Part shown: piece after piece, positions 19,277 to 27,776 of the stretch
Layout of the letters: each line of letters opens with the position of its first letter
Numbering within the stretch: the first letter of the stretch is position 1
Source: Candidatus Yanofskybacteria bacterium
Lineage (GTDB): Bacteria > Patescibacteriota > Minisyncoccia > 2-02-FULL-40-12 > GWA2-44-9
NCBI GenBank assembly: GCA_903830625.1
Contig: CAIKUK010000014.1
Span: forward strand, 772-64,771
Length of the DNA: 64,000 bases
Reading direction: 5' to 3'
Program-made: the position numbers and the translations under genes
Notes under the pieces: generated by a model
Told to the model about the DNA's origin: nothing
The model's input: only the letters and a program-made list of their open reading frames with translations
The model's database searches: none

Positions 19277-20608
19277 ATGAAAATGAGTACCCAAGTCATA
19301 AAAGACAGAATTACTTATTTTCGACAACATTGGTTTGTAAAGAATCTGGCCATTCTTCAGGTCGGTAATTTTGGGACGACCTTACTGCAGGGTGTGTGCA
19401 GTATTATTATCGCGCGGTTGCTTCAGCCCCAATTATTTGGGGTTTATGCCATTGCGTTTAGTCTTGCCGGTCTCCTTGTTTTGGTGGTCAGTTTTGGTGT
19501 TCAAGACGCAGTGACGACTATTGTAAGCGGCACTTATGCTCGGAACGACCATGCCGGTACCAGGGGAGCGTTTATGTTTTTGGCCAAGATGAGTTTTGTT
19601 ATCGGGTTGTTATCTGTGGTCGTGGCGTTGATTGCGCCATCGCTGGCCTCAAAGATCTACCATAATCCTCAGATCGGCTGGTATGCGGGTATTTTAGTGA
19701 TAGCTTCATTCATCTCCAATACTTTTCTAAATTTTTCGGCTCTGGCCTATCAAGTGGTCGGTAAAATAAAACAAATGACTGCCCTGACATTTACCGACCA
19801 AGCGTTGCGGAATATTCTGGCTCTTTCGTTGGTCGCCAGTGGCCTAGGTATTGCCGGTGCTATGAGCGGGCACCTTATTGGAGCGGTAATTATGTTTTTT
19901 ATCTCAGTGATTGCTTGGGAGCGTCTACGCAAAACTTATCACATGTTTCCTTCCGTCCGAGAGTTTTTTCGTTCATCGCCAGGTGAACATATACGCAAAC
20001 ATGTAAGTTTTAGCGCCTGGATCGCGCTCGATAAAAATATTGCTACATTATACAATCTTTTGCCAATATTGATGGTAGCGCTGTATGTTTCAACAACCGA
20101 GGTGACTTACTTTAAAATTTCTTTGGCGTATATAAATTTAGTTTTGGGGCTTATGGGGCCAATCTCAACCCTTCTTAATGTGGAATTGCCACGGATGCGT
20201 TCGGAAGACCCCGTGATGTTGAAAAAGAATTTTATCCGGGTCTCGCTCTATTCATTGCTTTGTTCAATCGTGCTCACGGCCGGGGCGCTTATCGTTTCAC
20301 CGGTCGCTCTTAAAATCCTATACGGCAATAGTTTTTTGCCAGGCATTAAATATATTCTAGGACTTGGAATTTACGGCGCCCTTCTGGGTATTGGCATCGG
20401 TTTAGGTCCGATGTGGCGAGCATTGCACAAAGTTAAAATATCAATCCTTATCAATACCGTTACTCTGGCCATCGGTATTCCCGGCGGGCTCTATCTTATT
20501 AATCACTTTGGAGTGTGGGGAGCGGTAATCATGATTAGTGCTTGGTTTATTATTTCCCACCTTGTCTCTTTCTTTTATATTTTAAGACACATGCGCAGTA
20601 TGGAATAG
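19277..20608 (+). CDS. Polysaccharide/oligosaccharide flippase (Wzx/MOP superfamily)
   Basis: 443 aa with about 12 TM helices, in a glycan locus next to an O-antigen-ligase-like gene. Confidence 0.65.
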   Translation: MKMSTQVIKDRITYFRQHWFVKNLAILQVGNFGTTLLQGVCSIIIARLLQPQLFGVYAIAFSLAGLLVLVVSFGVQDAVTTIVSGTYARNDHAGTRGAFMFLAKMSFVIGLLSVVVALIAPSLASKIYHNPQIGWYAGILVIASFISNTFLNFSALAYQVVGKIKQMTALTFTDQALRNILALSLVASGLGIAGAMSGHLIGAVIMFFISVIAWERLRKTYHMFPSVREFFRSSPGEHIRKHVSFSAWIALDKNIATLYNLLPILMVALYVSTTEVTYFKISLAYINLVLGLMGPISTLLNVELPRMRSEDPVMLKKNFIRVSLYSLLCSIVLTAGALIVSPVALKILYGNSFLPGIKYILGLGIYGALLGIGIGLGPMWRALHKVKISILINTVTLAIGIPGGLYLINHFGVWGAVIMISAWFIISHLVSFFYILRHMRSME

Positions 20609-20611
20609 TAA

Positions 20612-22900
20612 TTGCCAGTTATCAATCTTTGCGATATTATACCGATAATGAGCATTTCTAAAATATTAAAGTATTGTATTTATGCGGCGGCCTTAATGCC
20701 GCTGGTTATATTTTCGCAGTATCTCTCACCATTTCATTTCGGCAAGGTTATCGTGTTTAGAAGCCTGGTCGAAATTATGCTTGCCCTGTATCTTATCCTA
20801 GTTTGGCGCGATAGGTCTTATTTCCCGCGCCGAGACAAATTATTTTGGGCATTTTTAGGATTTACACTGGCATACACGCTGGCCACTTTTACCAGTGTCA
20901 ATGTTTATCAGAGTTTCTGGGGAACGCTTGAGCGGATGGGTGGAGCCTATAGTTTTTGGCACTATTTTGTCTTTTATATTATTCTCACTTCTGTTCTGCG
21001 TACCAAAAAAGATTGGGCGACATTCTTAAAAATTACTGTTGGCGTAGGCGTTTTATCCGCTTTTTATGGGTTTGGTCAACGGATTCCGGCTTGTCCTTCG
21101 GATAATCCTAATTGTTTTGGTTCATTTTTTATCGGCGGTGGCGGGCGTGATCGTATTTTTGGTACAATCGGTAATCCGGCCCTCTTTGCCGGCTATCAGA
21201 TTTTAAATGTCTTCCTGGCTCTAATTTTAGGTTTCGGAGCCTCTAAAAAAAGTGAGCGTAATTTATTATTTATCTCGGCGGGAATAATGAGCATTGCAGT
21301 ATTTATGACTGCTGTCCGCGGGTCTTTGTTGGGATTAAGTGTTGGTATGCTTACGTTCGCAGGATTATATTTTACACAGACTCATTCAAAACAAGCCCGC
21401 AAAGTATTTATTGGATTAGCGGGTCTTGCCATCGTATTTATTGGGTTCGCCTTTGCATTTAAAAACACCTCATTTGTTAAAGATTCATCATATCTTCGTC
21501 GAGTGACTGATTTTTCTTTATCAAATTACACTGTTCAAACGCGATTCTGGGCCTGGCAGGCCGGCCTGAAGGGTTGGAGCGATGGTCCGAAAACTGTGTT
21601 AGTCGGCTGGGGGCCGGAAAATTTCAATATCCCATTCTCAAAATATTTCAACCCCTTGTTTTTTAGAGGGCCTGGTTCGGAAACATTATTTGATCGTGCC
21701 CATAATATGTTTGTCGAAGTTCTCGTGACAACCGGTCTTCTTGGGTTTATTGCTTATATCGGATTATTTGTCGTGATACTAAGGTCTTTGTGGCAATTGA
21801 AAAATAAACTGGAATACCGCATCGCGGCCACTGGATTCATTGCCATGACTATCGCCTATATGATTCATAATGCTTTTATCTTTGATACTTCGGCGAATTT
21901 ATTAGTGTTCTTCAGTCTTCTTGGTTTCATTTCATTTTTAGGACAAGGAGATCAGTCTGTGTTTACTCCAAATCGTACAAATCGGCTTTCGTCTAATATT
22001 GCTTGGATTGTGGGCATTATTCTAACAATTGGTACCGGTACGCTTATATATCAAACAAATATTAAAACGGCCATTGCTAATTATGCTAGCACTCGGGGTA
22101 TTATCGCCGGCTGGAACAATGATTATAACAGCGCCGTGGCCGAGTACCAAATAGCGGTTTCGTATGATGTTGCCGGTAAATATGATTATCGAAATCGATT
22201 TGTCCAATATTTGCTTGACTATAGTTCATCCAACGGTATTGCTTCGCCGGGAATCGTTGATACGTTAAAACAAGCCATTGTTTTAGAAGAAAAGAATGCT
22301 GCCGAAAATCCTCATGATTACTTACCGGAACTTTACCTTTCACGATTAAATATTATTCTTGGGAAATCCGATCCGAAATCTCCTTATAACGATGAGGCTT
22401 TGAATCATGCCATGAAAGCTTTAAGTTATTCGCAAACGTTTGTCCGCACCTATTATGAGGTTGGTCAGGTATATTTAAACAAGAAAGATTATACGAAAGC
22501 CATAATAGCTTTTCAAAAAGCGGTGGATTTGAACCCGACCGTCGGGACTTCATATTGGTATCTTGGCGCGGTTCAAATGCAAGCCGGCCAGACTGCCAAA
22601 GCCGTAGTTAATATGCAGAAAGCTATGGATTTGGGGTATGTATTAAGTGAAAATGATAATCTTAATATGGCGACCGTCTATATAGCCCAAAATGATTTTC
22701 CGCATTTGGTAACTGTGTATGAAAATCTGGTGAAACTTCAGCCGACTAAAGCTCAATATTTAGCTTCATTGGCAGTTGCCTATGCGCGAGTCGGACGTAT
22801 TGATGACGCGGTGCATACTGCCCATCTAACTGTTCAATTGGATCCTAACTTTGGGCCAGAAGCCAGAAATTTTGTTCAGTCACTCGGTCGCCAGTGGTAA
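20612..22900 (+). CDS. O-antigen ligase/polymerase (Wzy_C)-like membrane domain fused to C-terminal TPR repeats
   Basis: A polytopic N-terminal region with a large periplasmic loop, and C-terminal TPR-like repeats (AIIAFQKAVDLNP...YWYLGAV...). Confidence 0.65.
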   Translation: MPVINLCDIIPIMSISKILKYCIYAAALMPLVIFSQYLSPFHFGKVIVFRSLVEIMLALYLILVWRDRSYFPRRDKLFWAFLGFTLAYTLATFTSVNVYQSFWGTLERMGGAYSFWHYFVFYIILTSVLRTKKDWATFLKITVGVGVLSAFYGFGQRIPACPSDNPNCFGSFFIGGGGRDRIFGTIGNPALFAGYQILNVFLALILGFGASKKSERNLLFISAGIMSIAVFMTAVRGSLLGLSVGMLTFAGLYFTQTHSKQARKVFIGLAGLAIVFIGFAFAFKNTSFVKDSSYLRRVTDFSLSNYTVQTRFWAWQAGLKGWSDGPKTVLVGWGPENFNIPFSKYFNPLFFRGPGSETLFDRAHNMFVEVLVTTGLLGFIAYIGLFVVILRSLWQLKNKLEYRIAATGFIAMTIAYMIHNAFIFDTSANLLVFFSLLGFISFLGQGDQSVFTPNRTNRLSSNIAWIVGIILTIGTGTLIYQTNIKTAIANYASTRGIIAGWNNDYNSAVAEYQIAVSYDVAGKYDYRNRFVQYLLDYSSSNGIASPGIVDTLKQAIVLEEKNAAENPHDYLPELYLSRLNIILGKSDPKSPYNDEALNHAMKALSYSQTFVRTYYEVGQVYLNKKDYTKAIIAFQKAVDLNPTVGTSYWYLGAVQMQAGQTAKAVVNMQKAMDLGYVLSENDNLNMATVYIAQNDFPHLVTVYENLVKLQPTKAQYLASLAVAYARVGRIDDAVHTAHLTVQLDPNFGPEARNFVQSLGRQW

Positions 22901-22903
22901 TAA

Positions 22904-23044
22904 CTAAAAACCGGTCGCCTCTCGGAGAAGTTTCTTGGCCGTGCTTTGTTCGGAGAAGGTTCCGATCGGCCGGGTGTAAGCCCGTTGCCGATAATTGGAA
23001 TCTCTGTAGCCGGCCTGAGAATCTCTGTGGCGACCGGTTTTTAG
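22904..23044. repeat. Large-loop hairpin element (family copy A): 9-bp GC stem ccggtcgcc/ggcgaccgg with A-run and T-run flanks enclosing a conserved interior
   Basis: The interior shares tcggagaagtttct, ccgtgcttt, gccgg and gaatctctgtggc with copy B at 38279-38354. It lies between convergent genes. Confidence 0.6.
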
Positions 23045-23056
23045 TTCGTCTAATAT

Positions 23057-23611
23057 CTATTCAATAAAGATCGCGGCAGCTACCACGGTCGTCCAAAGGC
23101 CATCCTTATTGCCTATAGCTGATTGAGTATAATTTGTTGTTTTGAATATCTGTTCTGATGCTTTGAACTGTTGCGCGCGTTCATCCCATGCTGTATCTGC
23201 GTCAAATTCAATACCCAAGGTGGTAGCAAGCATCTGCGCTGCCAGATCTTCGGCATAATCGCCGGATTTTTCATCGGTTTCTCCGAAGGGATGATGTTCT
23301 GACAGATAACCATATTGGTTTGGGTCTTGAGGGATGGCCACGCCGATCGACGCCGATATTAGTCTGTTAGGTTCATTGGTGGCGTTTCTGGCAATTACGG
23401 CATGGACTATTGAACCGGGTGGCAGTAATTTTATTCCTTCTTCTCGGGTTACCTTTTTAACATTAGGCGGGTAAATACTCGATACTGGCACAAGATTATA
23501 TGGCGCAATCCCAGCGGCCCGCAAGGCAAGTTCGAACGATGCCAGGTATTCTTTGTGGGTTCCGGCGCCTTTGGTAAAAAATATTTTAGTCGGTAACAAC
23601 TTTACAGTCAA
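23057..23611 (-). CDS. pdaD: Pyruvoyl-dependent arginine decarboxylase (PdaD/AaxB family)
   Basis: 184 aa with FFTKGAG...SSIYPP...SASIGVAIP, consistent with the PdaD family pattern. Confidence 0.65.
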   Translation of the reverse strand: MTVKLLPTKIFFTKGAGTHKEYLASFELALRAAGIAPYNLVPVSSIYPPNVKKVTREEGIKLLPPGSIVHAVIARNATNEPNRLISASIGVAIPQDPNQYGYLSEHHPFGETDEKSGDYAEDLAAQMLATTLGIEFDADTAWDERAQQFKASEQIFKTTNYTQSAIGNKDGLWTTVVAAAIFIE

Positions 23612-23735
23612 AACTCAAAATTAAAAATGCAAACTGATGTGCAAATCTTAATGTTGAAATTTTAATTTTAATTTTTCTAGTTTCAGTATAGGCGTAAAGT
23701 CTTTTTTATAAAATATTTTTGTTGATAACTATTCC

Positions 23736-23780
23736 CGAGATAGAAATCCCCGGCTCCAGAGCCGGGGATTTCTATCTCGA
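23736..23780. repeat. Perfect 21-bp inverted repeat hairpin
   Basis: cgagatagaaatccccggctc / gagccggggatttctatctcg; intergenic, downstream of the minus-strand sugar transferase gene. Confidence 0.6.
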
Positions 23781-23863
23781 ACAGGAGAATTATTTTCAAG
23801 AGAGCGAGTGAAGTCAAATTTATTTGTATTTCCGAGCGAGTGCTGAAAATATAAGCAAAGCGA

Positions 23864-25186
23864 TTATTTACCGGCTTGAGAGATGGCGGTCCGGATAGTT
23901 TTTAAAACAATGCCAATGTCTAGAAGAAAAGAGCGGTTCTTTATGTAATACAGGTCGTATTTTAATTTCTCGCCCGCGTCTTTAACAGAGGCTCCGTAGG
24001 AATAATTAATCTGGGCCCAGCCGGAAAGTCCCGGTTTTACCAAATAGCGTTCCTCGTAGAAGGGGATTTCTTTTTTTAATGTCTCGTGAAATTCCGGACG
24101 TTCGGCCCTAGGACCGACGAGTGACATTTCTCCACGGACAATATTCCAGAATTGGGGAATTTCATCCAATCGGGTCTTTCGCAAAAAACGACCGACTTTT
24201 CCGACCCGGGTATCATTATTGGGAGACCACAATGCGCCTGTTTTGGCTTCGGCGTTCAGTATCATGCTTCTGAATTTTATAAGTTTAAATGTTTTTCCGT
24301 GCTGGCCAATTCTGATTTGGGTATAAAAAGCCGGTCCGCGTGAATCCAGTTGCATAGCTAGGATAATAAACGGATAAAACAGAAGAGATAAAACTCCAAA
24401 AATTAATCCGAATACGATATCGCCAATCCGTTTTAGAATTTCGTAAGTTTGTTTTGAGCCTTCGCTCAAGTTTTCTAAAAACCAAATTTGATTGATGGCG
24501 CCGAGCGGGACTCGGCCGGTCAGTCGCTCATAGAATGTCGCCAAACTGTAAAAATTTATTTTCCGGCCCAGAGCTTTGTAGAATGTTTCCGTGACTTTGG
24601 AGATGTGGTATGCGTCAGGGCTAATGACCACTGTATCGAGGTCCGGTGTCGCCAAAGCTTCGGAGAGATGAACAGCTTGTTGAGAGTCGATTATTTCTTT
24701 AAGGTCATAGCCGAGCTGGGGGTTTTCTCTGATGAATTCGGCTAATTCTTGGGCTTGGTCATTGTTGCCGACAATCAGAGTCAATTTTTTAAACTTTGTT
24801 TCCACGATACTGTTGAAAAGGGAACGGATGCCGAATTCAAGCGCGGCGAAAATAATGATGAATAAGGCCAGATTAGTTTTAGGAGCGATGCCGAAAAATG
24901 GAATTAAGTAGAAAAAGCTTGTGGAAACGACCGTGGATACAATAACCGCTTCAAAAAGGCGGGAATAGAAAAAGATACTGTTCCGAAGAGTGCGCGGATC
25001 ATAAAGACCGGCGATATAGAAAACAATCAGCCAAATAACAAAGATAATAGTGAATGGCAGAAGATGGATTTGGTATTCTTCTGAAAAATTGCTTTGGTAA
25101 CGCAAACCGAGCATCGCCACGAGTGAGCCGTAAAGGAGAGCAATATCAATAAGTAAGAGGTTAATTTTACGCATGGGGTACGTCAC
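23864..25186 (-). CDS. Undecaprenyl-phosphate sugar phosphotransferase (WbaP/exopolysaccharide initiating bacterial sugar transferase family)
   Basis: The C-terminal domain (KLIKFRSM...RLDEIPQFWNIVRGEMSLVGPRAERPEF) is diagnostic; TM helices lie at the N-terminus. Confidence 0.85.
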   Translation of the reverse strand: MTYPMRKINLLLIDIALLYGSLVAMLGLRYQSNFSEEYQIHLLPFTIIFVIWLIVFYIAGLYDPRTLRNSIFFYSRLFEAVIVSTVVSTSFFYLIPFFGIAPKTNLALFIIIFAALEFGIRSLFNSIVETKFKKLTLIVGNNDQAQELAEFIRENPQLGYDLKEIIDSQQAVHLSEALATPDLDTVVISPDAYHISKVTETFYKALGRKINFYSLATFYERLTGRVPLGAINQIWFLENLSEGSKQTYEILKRIGDIVFGLIFGVLSLLFYPFIILAMQLDSRGPAFYTQIRIGQHGKTFKLIKFRSMILNAEAKTGALWSPNNDTRVGKVGRFLRKTRLDEIPQFWNIVRGEMSLVGPRAERPEFHETLKKEIPFYEERYLVKPGLSGWAQINYSYGASVKDAGEKLKYDLYYIKNRSFLLDIGIVLKTIRTAISQAGK

Positions 25187-25209
25187 AATAGTACCATATT
25201 TTTAAAATA

Positions 25210-26961
25210 ATGCAACCCATGAGTCTATTCAGTCATGTTACTACGAATAATGATATAATAAAACTGATCCTTGAACGTAAGCCCTACATGAATCACCTGT
25301 CAAAATATATAAGAATCTTTCTTATCATCGTTGCTGTTTTTTTGTTGAGCCAATCAAACGCAAACAGTGTTTGGGCGGATACTATTGGCGAACGCCACAC
25401 ATTTTTTGTGGATTCCTCCTACGATGTTACTGGCCGGACAAGCATTCCGGCTACTCTCGAATATGTGGGCGTCCATTCCTATTTCTATGTCGATGATTTG
25501 TATTTGAGTAGTCTTAATTCCCGAGAGCGTGCCATCTTTAATCAGCAAATCATTGCTTCGGCCCAAGAATTCGACGATAATATTTACCCGAAGGGAACCG
25601 CTTTTTGGGGTTCAGAAACAAATCCGGGCATTGATAACGATCCTAAAGTTACGATTCTCCTTGAGCGTCTAACCACTGGCACGGGAGGCTATTTTGACAG
25701 TGCCAATGGCTATTCAAAATCTCAAACAGATTTTACTAATCAGCGGGAAATGATTACGGCCAATATTTCATCGCTTAATACCGGCTATTTAAAAATATTT
25801 CTGGCTCATGAATTCCAACACCTGATCTCGGCTAATCAGAAAGAAATTTTGCGCAATGTCTTTGAAGATACTTGGCTTAACGAGCTCCGTTCGCAATATG
25901 CGATTACAGTCGCGGGATATAATGATGATTTTCAAAATTCGGATCTTTTACAGCGGGCGCAAACATTTGTAAACAACCCGACCGACAGTCTTACCGAATG
26001 GCCGAACACTAATCTTGATTATGCCTCGGTGACATTGTTTGGCCAGTATCTTGTCGATCGCTTTGGGCCAGGCATTCTTCAGGATACGTTACGTAGTCCG
26101 TTTGTCGGTATCAATTCCATTGATAAGTATCTGTCCGATCATCAGAACTTGGAGCGTTTTAACGACGTCTTCGCGGATTGGGAATGGACGAATTATTTTG
26201 ATAACTGTATCCCGGATATTCGATATTGCTATGTGAATCAAAATCTTCAAGCCATCCATGTTTCGTTGACCGACAATGAACAGCTGACATCCAATAATCC
26301 AAATCCGTATGTTTATTTGCTGAAACCATGGCAATCATCTTGGTATCAATTTAAGATTGATCCATCAGCTCCGGCTGGCCAAAACATAAAGATTAGCTGG
26401 CCAAGCTCCGTTTTTCAAGTTTATTATGCGGACGCATCTGGTGCTGAACGTCGTCTTGGTAATGGAGATGTTATAACTCTACCGCCGGCCGGAAGTTTTA
26501 TATTAATGCCGATCAATAGCTCGAAAACAAGCAGTTTCGGAGCCAGTGAAGCGTCTACTCAATTATCGCTATCCATCGAATATACTACCCAAACATTGAC
26601 ATCATTAGTTACCACTGTCAGCGACGGGTCGCTTATCATGCATGCCGGTACGCCGGATATCTACGTGGTCACGGGAACATATAAACGCTATCTGGCGCCA
26701 GACGTGCTCAAATTTTACGGCTTAGATGCCTCGCAGGCGGTGATGGTGACGGAAGCGGTGTTTCAATCATATATGCCCGCGAATTATATTCGCGCGGTAG
26801 ACGAGAAAAAAGTCTATGCTGTTTGGCCCGATGGCACGAAGCATTGGCTTAATATGACCGCTCAACATTTTACTGATTCTTATCGCGATTGGAATTCGGT
26901 TTTTATCGTGAACAGTCTCGAATCAAATTTTTATAAAATTGGTTCCGATATTACACAGTAA
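25210..26961 (+). CDS. Secreted hypothetical protein with an HExxH motif (putative MA-clan metallopeptidase)
   Basis: The likely true start is ATG 25288 (MNHLSKYIRIFLIIVAVFLLSQSNANSVWA signal peptide); HEFQH at LAHEFQHLI. Confidence 0.45.
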   Translation: MQPMSLFSHVTTNNDIIKLILERKPYMNHLSKYIRIFLIIVAVFLLSQSNANSVWADTIGERHTFFVDSSYDVTGRTSIPATLEYVGVHSYFYVDDLYLSSLNSRERAIFNQQIIASAQEFDDNIYPKGTAFWGSETNPGIDNDPKVTILLERLTTGTGGYFDSANGYSKSQTDFTNQREMITANISSLNTGYLKIFLAHEFQHLISANQKEILRNVFEDTWLNELRSQYAITVAGYNDDFQNSDLLQRAQTFVNNPTDSLTEWPNTNLDYASVTLFGQYLVDRFGPGILQDTLRSPFVGINSIDKYLSDHQNLERFNDVFADWEWTNYFDNCIPDIRYCYVNQNLQAIHVSLTDNEQLTSNNPNPYVYLLKPWQSSWYQFKIDPSAPAGQNIKISWPSSVFQVYYADASGAERRLGNGDVITLPPAGSFILMPINSSKTSSFGASEASTQLSLSIEYTTQTLTSLVTTVSDGSLIMHAGTPDIYVVTGTYKRYLAPDVLKFYGLDASQAVMVTEAVFQSYMPANYIRAVDEKKVYAVWPDGTKHWLNMTAQHFTDSYRDWNSVFIVNSLESNFYKIGSDITQ

Positions 26962-27258
26962 AAATATTTTTAGTTCGATGAGTTATCAACTTTTTTATTA
27001 TCAAAAAAGTTTTTTTAGTTTTAAAATTAATGCAGTGAGTAGGCAGTAGGTCGAACTGTCAAACTAAAATAATTATTTATAAGGAGGAATGGAGAGAATG
27101 ATTCTCGTCATGACGATCATTATCTCCGAAGCAAAAAATACTATGGCAAAGAAAAAGAAAGCAGCAAAGAAGAAGAAGAGAATCTAGTCATCTCAAGAGG
27201 GGCGCTCCTGCGCCCCTCTTCCTTTTTAATAATAGATAGGTAGAATTAAAAGAAACCC

Positions 27259-27585
27259 GTGAAAATAAACATTACCACTAAAAATATCACTCTGGACGAA
27301 CCCTTGCGGGTATTTATAGAACAGAAGATCGGCGGTCTTGAGAAGTTTATTCAAAAAGGCCCTGTTAGTGTGGCGGTTGAAATAGGCAAACCCTCCAAGC
27401 ATCATAAAACCGGGCCGGTATTTTATGCCGAAGCTAATTTAAAAATTGGCGGCATACTTCTGCGGGGGGAATCTACCCACAAGGACTTGCGCACTGCCAT
27501 CGGCGAAGCTCGTGACGAACTTCACGTCCAAATCAAAAAGTTCAAAGAAAAAAGAAAAGACCTTGCTCGCCAGCCCTCAAAATAA
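27259..27585 (+). CDS. hpf: Ribosome hibernation promoting factor (HPF/RaiA/YfiA family, short form)
   Basis: 108 aa with MKINITTKNITLDEPLRVFIEQK...AEANLKIGG...DLRTAIGEARDEL; GTG start. Confidence 0.75.
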   Translation: MKINITTKNITLDEPLRVFIEQKIGGLEKFIQKGPVSVAVEIGKPSKHHKTGPVFYAEANLKIGGILLRGESTHKDLRTAIGEARDELHVQIKKFKEKRKDLARQPSK

Positions 27586-27776
27586 TTTCACTTTACCTTA
27601 AATCACTCTGAAGTCGGCCCAAGATTAACACAAAGCCGACCGTCGCAGGCGGGTAGCCGAGGGCAGAGCGGAAAATTCAGCAGAATTTTAACGCGGGTCG
27701 GCGTGGGTTAGTCTTGGGTCGACTTACGTTACAAACGCTTTAAATTACTTGAAAATAGTGCTAGAATGCTAAAACT

